Assembly: GCA_044229145.1 (NCBI GenBank)
Contig: JBGATO010000013.1
Span: forward strand, 1 to 64,000
Source of the DNA: Candidatus Eiseniibacteriota bacterium
Lineage (GTDB): Bacteria > Eisenbacteria > RBG-16-71-46 > CAZEPH01
Length of the DNA: 64,000 bases
Direction of reading: 5' to 3'
Position 1 is the stretch's first letter. Each line of letters opens with the position of its first letter. Both the position numbers and the translations under genes were made by a program. Shown here one piece after another: positions 30,548 to 39,532 of the stretch. A model generated the notes under the pieces. The model did not search any database and was not told where the DNA came from. It saw only the letters and a program-made list of their open reading frames with translations.

Positions 30548-32512
30548 CTACCGGGTGACGACGATCCGCCGCGTGACGTCGCCCGCGCCGTTCGACACGT
30601 GGACGAAGTAGAGGCCGCGTGGCACGCCGCGCACTGGCACCGGCACCACCGTGAGCCGCGCCGCGGGCGTGCCGTCGAACAACGTGCGCACGAGCCGTCC
30701 GCCTGCCGTGAACAGGCGCACCCGCAACGGCAGCACCGCGTCCTGCCGCACCAGCAGCACGCCATCGTCACGGAGCACCGACGGCAGCGGCACCGCGTCG
30801 ATGACCGGGACCGCGCCGGAAATATCGACGATCTCCACCTCGCGCTCGGCGCCGGGTGTCTCGGCGCCGTCGGTGACGGCGACCACGCGGAAGCCGTACA
30901 CCCCGGCAGCGAGCAGCGAGTCGATGGTCACGACACTCTCGCAACGGCCAAACGCCCCGCCCGCCAGGCCGTGCAGGGCCGGCACATCGGCGACGGGCTT
31001 CCAGGTGGAATCCCACGCGGCCTTCACGTAGACGCGGAACGAGTCGGCAAGACCGTCGCCGCCGCCGATCCACCGCAGCACCACGCCACCAGAATCGCGC
31101 TGTGCGATGAGGTCGAGCACACGCTCGTCCGGCGCTTCGCTGCCGGTGACTTCGAAGCTCCAGCACGTGGTGTCGCGCAGCGCGCCGTCGATGGCCTCGG
31201 CCACCACGTAATGCTTGCCCGAACAGAACGGCCCCAGCGTCGCGCGTGTTCCGCGCACCGTCAGCGAACGGCCGTCGACACGCCAGCGATAGACGATCGG
31301 GTGTCCGCTCGCGCTCGCCGCCGTGATGTCGAACGTGGCCGATGCGCCGCGCACCAGCGGCAGACCGGTTTGCGGCATGCGGGCGACGATTGCGGGGCGC
31401 GTCTCGAAGCGCCACAGATCGTTGCGGTGGATCTGCGATTCCGGCGACGTGGTGATCATCCCCCCGAGCAGGTACAGCGCGTGATCGAGCGGATGACACA
31501 CCATCTCAAAGGTGGCGCGCGGCAGCATCTGCGGCGGCGCGAGGGCCGACAGATCCGTCCATCGCCCAGTGCCGCGGGTGTCGTAGCGCCAGAAGCCGCC
31601 GGCCGCGTACGGCGACGCGTACCCGCCCGCCAGCCACAGCACGCCGTTCGGGTCGATGGCCATGCCCGCGTAGGAGCGCGGCGAGATGGCTTCGGCGCCG
31701 CTCGCCGCGGTCAAATCGACCCAGGTGTTGCGCTGGATGTCGTAGCGCCAGAGGTCGTGGAGGTAGCCGCTGACATCGTTGTAGCCGCCGAACAGATACA
31801 GGGCATCGCGACCGTCCCACACCAAATCGTAGAGTTCGCGCGCGGCGGGCCGCGGCGCACCGGCCGGCAGCACGAGTTCCTGCCAGGTGCCGCGCGCCAC
31901 GTCGTAGAACCACAGATCGCCGAGTTGCACGGCGTGGCCGTCGACGCCGCCGAAAAGCCACAGACGGTCGCGCTTCCAATCGCCGACGAAGCCGTGATCC
32001 TCGCGCCCGGCGGGCGAGTCCGGTGGCGTGAGATCCGACCAGCGTCCCACCGCCGGGTCGTAACGGTAGAGGCGATTCGCGAACGTGCCGTCCACCGCGT
32101 TCTGCACGCCGCCGAACTCGTAGACGCGTCCTTCGGCGTCGGAGGCCAGATGCGGCTCGATGGTGGGCGGGATCGGACATGCGCTCGCCGCCGTGAGGTC
32201 GCGGAATCGCCCGCCGTCGGGGCGGCACCAGAAGTCGCCAAGCAATTCGTAGGTCCGCGTTTTGTTCCGCGTCACCCAATGCGATCCGCCGAACACGTAC
32301 AGGTCGCCGCGCGGCGTCACCGTGAAGCCGTGCTGTCCGCGTCCGGGCATCGAGTCCGAACCGGCCGTGAAGATCTGCTCCCAGTGCGGCTGAGCCGCGC
32401 GCGCCGGCGCGCTGGCGCCGGGCAACAAGAATCCGGCGGCGAGTGCCAGAACGAGTCTGGCGCCTCGCCGCCGGAGGGAAGTGTTCTGAAGACGCGGCGG
32501 CTGTGCATGCAT
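30548..32512 (-). CDS. Secreted Kelch-repeat protein with Ig/FN3-like domains and CTD-like tail
   Basis: About 6 Kelch blades (LYxFGG...DLWxYD...W); C-terminal TAGGRLVRTL..GLYFV. Confidence 0.85.
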   Translation of the reverse strand: MHAQPPRLQNTSLRRRGARLVLALAAGFLLPGASAPARAAQPHWEQIFTAGSDSMPGRGQHGFTVTPRGDLYVFGGSHWVTRNKTRTYELLGDFWCRPDGGRFRDLTAASACPIPPTIEPHLASDAEGRVYEFGGVQNAVDGTFANRLYRYDPAVGRWSDLTPPDSPAGREDHGFVGDWKRDRLWLFGGVDGHAVQLGDLWFYDVARGTWQELVLPAGAPRPAARELYDLVWDGRDALYLFGGYNDVSGYLHDLWRYDIQRNTWVDLTAASGAEAISPRSYAGMAIDPNGVLWLAGGYASPYAAGGFWRYDTRGTGRWTDLSALAPPQMLPRATFEMVCHPLDHALYLLGGMITTSPESQIHRNDLWRFETRPAIVARMPQTGLPLVRGASATFDITAASASGHPIVYRWRVDGRSLTVRGTRATLGPFCSGKHYVVAEAIDGALRDTTCWSFEVTGSEAPDERVLDLIAQRDSGGVVLRWIGGGDGLADSFRVYVKAAWDSTWKPVADVPALHGLAGGAFGRCESVVTIDSLLAAGVYGFRVVAVTDGAETPGAEREVEIVDISGAVPVIDAVPLPSVLRDDGVLLVRQDAVLPLRVRLFTAGGRLVRTLFDGTPAARLTVVPVPVRGVPRGLYFVHVSNGAGDVTRRIVVTR

Positions 32513-32854
32513 AGGGACGGGTGATGGAGTCCGCCCGGCCGCGTCGGGTTGCCCCGCACGATGTTAAATTTCGCCAGGCCAATTGGTTCGCCATGCCGAG
32601 CGCGGTCTGCGCGCGATCCCGCTGCGGAACCACGGGCCGGGCCGCACGGAAAATCCCGTGTGAATCCGGAACCCGGCATCGGCTCGTGCTCTCTAACTCC
32701 GCAACCTGTCCCCCGGGGGCCGATCCCGCGAGCCTCGCGCTCGCAGAGCCCGACGGGAGGGCCGCGGAGTGATGCTCCCATGACGCTGCCGAGGCGAATG
32801 TGTACACTGCCGGCAACTCACCCCGCCCCACGACCTACTCAAGAGGAGACGACC

Positions 32855-33685
32855 ATGAAGAAGTGGCAGCTCGTGCTCGTGACGAGCCTCGTGATCGGTG
32901 CCGTGACGGCCGCCGGTTGCGCCAAGAAGGCCGAGGAAACCACCCCGGCTCCGGCCGCGGACACCAGCAGTGCGATGACCGACACGTCGAGCATGGCGCC
33001 GGCGGACGCCGCGACCCCGGCCGACACCACGTCGATGGCTCCGGCGGAGACGCCGGCCGCGGCGCCGGCCGCCAAGGACACCAAGGTGGCCGCGAAGCCG
33101 GCGAAGAAGAGCACCAAGGCCGTGCCGGTGGCCCAGGAGAAGCCGAAGCCGATCATGATTCCGGCCGGCACCGCGATCTCGGTCGCGCTCAACGAGGAAC
33201 TCACCACCAAGACCGCGAAGGAAGGCGACGCCTTCACCGGCCGCCTCACCGAGGATGTCGTGGTGGATGGCAAGCTCGCGTTCCCGAAGGGCGCGACGGT
33301 GGAAGGTCACGTCGCCAAGGCGGTGCGCGGCGGCGGCAAGGAGTCGAAGCGCGCGCACTTGCAGCTCTCGTACGACCGCATCGTGGTCGAGGGTATCGCG
33401 ACTTCGCTCGGCGTGGCCGGCGCGGACATCGAGGGCAAGTCGGGCACCAGCGGTGACGTGAAGCGCATCGGGGGCGGCGCGGCGGCGGGTGCCGCGGCGG
33501 GCGCGGTCCTCGGCGGCGGCAAGGGCGCTGCGAAGGGCGCGATCATCGGTGGCGTCGCCGGTACGGCGGCCAGCATGTTCGCGAAGGCGCCGGATGTGAA
33601 GATCGAGGCCGGCGCGGCGCAGAACGTGACGCTCGACCACAGCGTGATGGTGGGCGAGAAGGCGGTGGAGGCGGCGCGCAAGTAA
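32855..33685 (+). CDS. Lipoprotein with Ala/Pro/Lys-rich linker, TrbI-like beta domain and glycine zipper
   Basis: GAGGAG RBS, lipobox AAGC, IPAGT..GD.F..G..VEG.V, GAAAGAAAGAVLGGGKGAAKGAIIGG. Confidence 0.8.
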   Translation: MKKWQLVLVTSLVIGAVTAAGCAKKAEETTPAPAADTSSAMTDTSSMAPADAATPADTTSMAPAETPAAAPAAKDTKVAAKPAKKSTKAVPVAQEKPKPIMIPAGTAISVALNEELTTKTAKEGDAFTGRLTEDVVVDGKLAFPKGATVEGHVAKAVRGGGKESKRAHLQLSYDRIVVEGIATSLGVAGADIEGKSGTSGDVKRIGGGAAAGAAAGAVLGGGKGAAKGAIIGGVAGTAASMFAKAPDVKIEAGAAQNVTLDHSVMVGEKAVEAARK

Positions 33686-33709
33686 CGCTGTTCGCCACAC
33701 GCGGAGAAT

Positions 33710-33743
33710 CGACGGGGAGAGGGCAGCCGCCCTCTCCTCGTTG
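33710..33743. terminator. Hairpin between convergent genes
   Basis: CGACGGGGAGAGGGC-AGCC-GCCCTCTCCTCGTTG. Confidence 0.6.
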
Positions 33744-33745
33744 CG

Positions 33746-34735
33746 TTAGCGCGGGATCGTCGTGGCGAGGAGGCCAGAGGTGCCGCGCTCTGGCACCACG
33801 CCGGCGTAGACGACGCCGCGGTAGCGGGCGAGCGCCTGCACGGGACTCGGCACGTCCTGCGACACGCGCCAGCGCGCGCCATCCCACCAGCGCAATCCCG
33901 GCGCCGGGCGATCGCCCTCGCGGCCGAAGTAGCCGCCGACGCCGAGTGTGCCGCCCGCGCCGAGGAGCGCGCTCACCGGGCCGGGCGCGCCGCCGCCGAG
34001 CGGGCGCCACGCAGTGCCGTCCCACACCGCGAGGTTGGCACACGCCGCGGTGTCCGAGCGCGCGAAGCTGCCGCCCGCGATCAAGTGCCCGCGCCAGGTC
34101 GCCAGACAGTAGACCGGCCCGTCGAAGCCGGGCCCGAGTGCCTTCCACGCCGAGCCGTCCCACGCGGCGATGCCGGACGCCTCGACTCCGCCCGCGTGCG
34201 TGAAGTAGCCGCCGGCCACCAAACGGCCGCGCCAGACATGCAAGCAGCGCACGACGCCATCTGCGCCGCCGCCGAGCGCGCGGCCGTCGGCCGTGGCGAC
34301 GTGCGCCGTGAACGCGCCGCCGTACAGCGCTGCGCCGCGGTACCCGGACACCGCATGCACGACGTCGTCGAATGTCCCCGGTGCGCCCGGGATCCATGCG
34401 CCGCGATAGGCGCCCGCGTTCACGGCGTGTCCCGCCGCCGTGACGATGCGGCCGCCCGCGAGGAGCGATGCGACGCTGGCCACTGTGCGGATCTCGCACA
34501 CCGGCTCGGTGCGGAGTCCGCTCCAGCGCGCGCCGTCGAAGCGCAGCAATCCGCCCGCGGAGTCGGCGCCGGCGTGGCGGAACGCGCCGCCCGCGTACAG
34601 CGCGCCGTCGTGGGCGGCGAAGCACGTGACGGCGCCGTCGACGGACGGCGGGGCGGGTACGCGGCGTCCCGCACCACTGAGGAGCGGGACGGCGAGGGCA
34701 GCAACCAGGGCTGCGAACACGTAGCGGCGGCGCAT
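33746..34735 (-). CDS. Secreted beta-propeller repeat protein
   Basis: Signal peptide; repeats LYAGGxF...IAxWDGxxW..LG. Confidence 0.8.
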   Translation of the reverse strand: MRRRYVFAALVAALAVPLLSGAGRRVPAPPSVDGAVTCFAAHDGALYAGGAFRHAGADSAGGLLRFDGARWSGLRTEPVCEIRTVASVASLLAGGRIVTAAGHAVNAGAYRGAWIPGAPGTFDDVVHAVSGYRGAALYGGAFTAHVATADGRALGGGADGVVRCLHVWRGRLVAGGYFTHAGGVEASGIAAWDGSAWKALGPGFDGPVYCLATWRGHLIAGGSFARSDTAACANLAVWDGTAWRPLGGGAPGPVSALLGAGGTLGVGGYFGREGDRPAPGLRWWDGARWRVSQDVPSPVQALARYRGVVYAGVVPERGTSGLLATTIPR

Positions 34736-34814
34736 GCGCGCCAGCCTAGCGCGCCGAGCCGTCGGACGCAGCCCCCTGGTCGCCCGGCGCCCGGTCGGCT
34801 ACACTGCCGGCCAC

Positions 34815-36908
34815 ATGACAAACCCACCTGACCGTTCCGCGATTCAACTCCCGGCGAACGTCGCCGCGATGATCGACAAGCGTGACTATGCGGGCATCGA
34901 ATCCTTTTGGATGTCCCAGCTCGACAGTCTGGCTGCCAACGTCGCGACCCTGCTCAAGGTCAACGACGAACTCCACCGCATTCACGCCACCTCCCACGCC
35001 GCGCCGCTGCTCGAGCTGATGGCCGAGACTGCCGAGCGCGAGGGCAACGCGCTCGCCCGCCTGGCGGCATTGCGCTACTTGGCGCCGCTGAAGCCGAACG
35101 ACCGCGGCATCGCCACGACGCTGGAAGCGCTGTGGCGCGAGGCGGCGGGCGATCACCCGAGCCTCACGCTGCTGCTCGACCACTACGAACTGCCGCGCCA
35201 CCCGAACCTCGAGGAGGCGCTGCACGAGATCGAGACGTGGCTGCTCTTCCCGCCGGGGCAGGGCGTGCTGTCGGAGTCGCGCGGCGTCGGCCGCGTGCTG
35301 TCGGTGGAGCCCGTGAAGGGCACGCTCGGCGTCGACTTCGAGCAGGAGAAGGGCGTCCAGATGCGGCTCGACGCCGCGAAGCGTCTGCTGACGCCGCTGC
35401 CCGACGGTCACCTGCTGCTCCGCCGCTTCGACGACGTGGCGCAGTTCCGCGCCGACGCCGAGAAGTCGCCGGGCGAAGTGGCCGCCGCGCTGTTGCGCTC
35501 GCTCGGCCGTCCGGCTTCGGCGCTCGAGGTGCGGCACCATCTGCGCGGCATCGTCGCCGATACCAAGTGGGCGAAGTGGTGGTCCGCCGCGCGCAAGAAC
35601 AAGGCGGTGCAGCCGACGCCCAAGGACGACAAACTGTTCTACTGGGTCGATCCCGGCGAAGTGGCAGCGAAGGAAGCCGCCGTCGATCCGCGACGTTTGG
35701 CACCGGCCGCCGCGTTGGAGCAGGCGCGGGCGCGGCTCAAGAAGCGTGTCGCGCTCGACAACGCGTTCGTCGAGGCGCTCGCCGCGCACGGCGAGGCGGT
35801 GCATCAGAACGATCCGGCGCTGGCGCTCGAGATCGCCGATCTGCTCGGCCGTGCGGCCGCGGAGATGGGCGTGACGCTGTCGTACTCGCCGGCGTCGCTG
35901 TTGGCCGCGCACGACCCGCTCGACGTGCTGCCGGCAATTTCCGACAAGGCGGCGCGCGATGCCGCGCTCGCCACGCTGCGCGAAGTGCGCGGCGATTGGC
36001 CCGGCATCGTCGCGGCGTTGATCTTGGTGGAGGAAGATGCGCGGGCGCTCGGCGCATTGCTCAAGACGCTCGCCACCCACGCGCCGGACGAACACCTGCG
36101 CGTCGTGACGCAGGTGCTGCGTTCGCCGCGACGCTATCCGCGCACGTTCCTGGTGATCGCCAAGTACGCGGCCGGGCAGGAGGAGGTGCGCGACCAGCTC
36201 GCCGCCTCCACGCTGCTCACCGTGTTCGAGGCGCTCAACGACGATACGTTCAAGCCGTATCGTTCGCTGGTGAAGGGCCTGCTCGACGCGCCGGAGCTGA
36301 CGCGCGCCGTCTACGCGCAAACCGGCGCCGAGGAAGCGCGCCGCATCCGCATCGCCCTCGAACGCGCCGACATCGAGGAGTACCGCCGCGAGCGTTTGCG
36401 CGACGAGTTGCTCGCGCATTTCCCGAGCCTCGACGTCGGCGACACAGATGTCATCTACGTCTCACGCGCCGCCGCGGACCGCAAGCGCGCCGAACTCGAG
36501 CAGTTGATGACGGTGGAGATCCCGGCGGTGGCCGCCGCGCTCGGCCGTGCCGCCGCGCTCGGCGACCTCAAGGAGAACGCCGAATACAAGGCGGCGCGCG
36601 AGAAGCACGGCCAACTCAGCGGCCGCGCGCAGTCGATCACCGAGGAGTTGCAGCGCATCCGCATGATCGAAGCCGCGAATGTCGACACCGCGCGCATGTC
36701 GATCGGCGGCGCGTGCGATCTCGAACCCGTCGAAGGCGGCGCCACGCGTCCGGCCGCCGTGCTCGGACCGTGGGACGCCGATGTCGAACACGGCGTCTAC
36801 TCGTATCTGTCGCCGTTCGGCAAGGCGCTGCTCGGCAAGTCCGACGGCGAGACGGTGATGCTCGGCGACACCGAGTTCATCGTCCGCAACATCCGCCGCG
36901 GAGTCTGA
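34815..36908 (+). CDS. GreA/GreB-domain transcription elongation factor with long N-terminal extension
   Basis: C-terminal GDLKENAEYKAARE, LGPWD, SYLSPFGKALLGK; about 540-aa N-terminal region. Confidence 0.85.
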   Translation: MTNPPDRSAIQLPANVAAMIDKRDYAGIESFWMSQLDSLAANVATLLKVNDELHRIHATSHAAPLLELMAETAEREGNALARLAALRYLAPLKPNDRGIATTLEALWREAAGDHPSLTLLLDHYELPRHPNLEEALHEIETWLLFPPGQGVLSESRGVGRVLSVEPVKGTLGVDFEQEKGVQMRLDAAKRLLTPLPDGHLLLRRFDDVAQFRADAEKSPGEVAAALLRSLGRPASALEVRHHLRGIVADTKWAKWWSAARKNKAVQPTPKDDKLFYWVDPGEVAAKEAAVDPRRLAPAAALEQARARLKKRVALDNAFVEALAAHGEAVHQNDPALALEIADLLGRAAAEMGVTLSYSPASLLAAHDPLDVLPAISDKAARDAALATLREVRGDWPGIVAALILVEEDARALGALLKTLATHAPDEHLRVVTQVLRSPRRYPRTFLVIAKYAAGQEEVRDQLAASTLLTVFEALNDDTFKPYRSLVKGLLDAPELTRAVYAQTGAEEARRIRIALERADIEEYRRERLRDELLAHFPSLDVGDTDVIYVSRAAADRKRAELEQLMTVEIPAVAAALGRAAALGDLKENAEYKAAREKHGQLSGRAQSITEELQRIRMIEAANVDTARMSIGGACDLEPVEGGATRPAAVLGPWDADVEHGVYSYLSPFGKALLGKSDGETVMLGDTEFIVRNIRRGV

Positions 36909-36924
36909 CATCGCGCGCGCGGCG

Positions 36925-37992
36925 GTGGTGATGGCCGGAGCGCGGCGCCACGCGGCGTGCGCCACGGCCGTCGCCTGCGCGTTGCTGGTTGCCGCGAGTG
37001 TCCGCGCCGCGGATCGCGTCGTCACCTTCCGCTATCACGATGTGTCGGCGCGCGCCGTGTTCCTCGCCGGCGACTTCAACGGCTGGTCGCAGAGCGCCGA
37101 TCCGATGGAGCGTTCCGGCGACGGCGACTTCACGCGCGACGTGTCCTTGCCGCCGCAGGCGCGCGTCGACTACAAGTTCATCGTCGACGGCCGGTGGATC
37201 CTCGATCCCGCGAATCCACGCACGTGTACCGGCGGCTTCGGGCCGAATTCGGAATACGCGTCGCCGGACTACGTGCCGGCGCCGGAGATCGCGTATGTCG
37301 ACTCGATTCCGCACGGCCGCGTCGAGTCGTTCACGTTCGCGTCGGCGCTGCTCGGCAACTCGCGCCGCGTGCAGGTCTATCTGCCGCCTGGCTACGACGC
37401 GCACGGCCGCTATCCGTCGGTGCTGTTTCAGGACGGCGGCGAATATCTGTCGCTCGCGAACCTCGCCAACATCCTCGACTACGGCATCGCCATGGGCCGC
37501 GTGCGGCCGTTGATCACGATCTGTCCCGACCCGGTGAATCGCAACGCCGAGTACATGCTCAACGACGCGTACCGGCAGTTCGCGGTGCGCGAGTTGCTGC
37601 CGCACGTCGACTCGCTGTACGCGACGGCACGCGGCGATGCCTCGCTGCGCGGCACCGCCGGCGCGTCGCTCGGCGGACTGATGGCGGTGATGATGGCGTG
37701 GCGATCGCCCGAGGTGTTCGGCGTGGCGATCAGTCAGTCGGGGGCGTTTCAGGTGCAGGGCGGTGCGCTGATGCGCGAGGTCGCGACGCCCGCCGCCAAG
37801 CCGCTGCGGCTGTGGCTCGACGCCGGTACGCTGGCCGGCGACGATTTCGGCAAGCCGACCGTGGCGCTTGCAGGCGTCCTGCGCGCGCACGGCCCGTTCG
37901 AGCTCCGCACCTACCCCGAAGGCCACTCTTGGGGCAATTGGCGCGCGCATTTGCTCGCGGCTTTGAGCGCCATGTGGCCGATGACGAAGTGA
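36925..37992 (+). CDS. Secreted CBM48-like + Fes-type alpha/beta-hydrolase esterase
   Basis: VFLAGDFNGW..YKFIVDGRW.DP.N; VYLPPGY, GASLGG nucleophile elbow, EGHSWGNW. Confidence 0.88.
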   Translation: MVMAGARRHAACATAVACALLVAASVRAADRVVTFRYHDVSARAVFLAGDFNGWSQSADPMERSGDGDFTRDVSLPPQARVDYKFIVDGRWILDPANPRTCTGGFGPNSEYASPDYVPAPEIAYVDSIPHGRVESFTFASALLGNSRRVQVYLPPGYDAHGRYPSVLFQDGGEYLSLANLANILDYGIAMGRVRPLITICPDPVNRNAEYMLNDAYRQFAVRELLPHVDSLYATARGDASLRGTAGASLGGLMAVMMAWRSPEVFGVAISQSGAFQVQGGALMREVATPAAKPLRLWLDAGTLAGDDFGKPTVALAGVLRAHGPFELRTYPEGHSWGNWRAHLLAALSAMWPMTK

Positions 37993-37993
37993 G

Positions 37994-39340
37994 ATGAACT
38001 CCCTCGTCCTCGGCGCCCGCACGTGGGCGCAGCAAATGATTCGCGAAGGCGCCGCATTTCGCCGCGTGTTGCGCGAGCTCGAATCGCACGCCACATGGAC
38101 CGACGCCGAGCGCCGCGCCGCGCAGAACGCCGCGCTCGCCCGGCTGTTCGACGCCTGCCACGCGGTGCCGTTCTACCAAGCGCGTCTCGATAACTGGTTC
38201 GCCTCACGCAGCGGTGGCAACGTCGACCCGCTCGAACTGCTCGCGCGCGTGCCATTGCTCGACAAGCAGACGGTGCGCGCGCACAACGCCGACTTCCGCG
38301 CCGGCGGCCTGCGCGGCCGCCTCGCGCGCAGCGGCTACACCTCCGGCACCACCGGCACGCCGCTGCGCTGCTACCGCGACACCGCGTCGATCACCTTCGA
38401 GAATGCCGCGCTGTGGCGTGTGTTCCGCTGGGGTGGTCTCGAGTTGCGCGACAAGCGCGTGATGCTGCGTGGCGATCTCGTCGTCCCGACCGCGCAGCGC
38501 GAGCCGCCGTATTGGAAGCTCGCCTCGTCGCGCATCCTGGCGATGTCGTCGTATCACCTCACGCCGTCCACGATCCCGCTCTACGTCGACGCGATGCGCC
38601 GCTTCGGGCCGGCGGCCATCCAGGCGTATCCGAGCAGCGTCGCGCTCGTCGCGCAGTGGATGGTGCAACACGGCGAGACATTGCCGCTCAAATGCGTGAT
38701 CACGTCGAGCGAAACGCTGCTCGACGCGCAACGCGAGCACATCGAACGCGCGTTCGCCTGTCCGGTCATCGACTACTACGGCAACGCCGAGCGCACCGCG
38801 ATGCTGGCGCGCTGCGAACGCGGCGCCTACCACGCGCTCACCGACTACGCCGTCACCGAGTTCGTCGATCAAGGCGATGGCACCGCCGAGATCGTCGGCA
38901 CGCCGTTGTTCAACCTGACGATGCCGCTGCTGCGTTACCGCAGCGGCGACGGCGTCGCACTGCCGGCGCCCACCGAGCGCTGCCCGTGCGGCCGCACGTT
39001 CCCGGTGACGCATCGCCCGGAAGGCCGCCGCGACGTCTACGTGCTGACGCCCGACGGCCGCCGCATCGGCCGTCTCGACCACGTCTTCAAGGGACTCACC
39101 GCGATCCGCGAGGCGCAGATCGTGCAGCCCGCGCTCGACCGCCTGATCATCCGCCTGGTCCCCGACGCCGACTTCGGCCCGGACCACGAAGCCGCCCTGA
39201 TCGCCCATACAAAGGAAAGGGTCGGCCCCGACCTGTCGATAACCGTCGAACGCGTGGACGCCCTGCCGCGCACTTCGCGGGGCAAACTCCAAGCAATCGT
39301 CAGCGAACTCGACGACCCGGGAGTCACCGGCGCCGTGTAG
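37994..39340 (+). CDS. Phenylacetate-CoA ligase / CapK-like adenylate-forming enzyme
   Basis: VPFY, TSGTTGTP, YPS, YGNAE, MPLLRYRSGD, CPCGR, GK near C-terminus. Confidence 0.88.
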   Translation: MNSLVLGARTWAQQMIREGAAFRRVLRELESHATWTDAERRAAQNAALARLFDACHAVPFYQARLDNWFASRSGGNVDPLELLARVPLLDKQTVRAHNADFRAGGLRGRLARSGYTSGTTGTPLRCYRDTASITFENAALWRVFRWGGLELRDKRVMLRGDLVVPTAQREPPYWKLASSRILAMSSYHLTPSTIPLYVDAMRRFGPAAIQAYPSSVALVAQWMVQHGETLPLKCVITSSETLLDAQREHIERAFACPVIDYYGNAERTAMLARCERGAYHALTDYAVTEFVDQGDGTAEIVGTPLFNLTMPLLRYRSGDGVALPAPTERCPCGRTFPVTHRPEGRRDVYVLTPDGRRIGRLDHVFKGLTAIREAQIVQPALDRLIIRLVPDADFGPDHEAALIAHTKERVGPDLSITVERVDALPRTSRGKLQAIVSELDDPGVTGAV

Positions 39341-39532
39341 CGCGGCGCCCGGGCGCCGGGGGGACGGGCTGCGCGGGACGCGGCGCCCGGACTCCTGTCC
39401 GGGCGGCCGCTTGGCGCGAACCGCCAGCGGCCGTCGTGGCCGCTGACGGTTCGCGACACCCGCGCTGCCCGTCCCCCCGACACCCGATGCGGCGTATACT
39501 TCGCCAACTCACCCAGGAGACCCCAACCGCCG

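Noticed and set aside
32519..32575. GGTGATGGAGTCCGCC resembling the 5' end of a fluoride riboswitch
   Set aside because: The downstream CTGATGACTCC pseudoknot partner is missing and no fluoride-related gene follows
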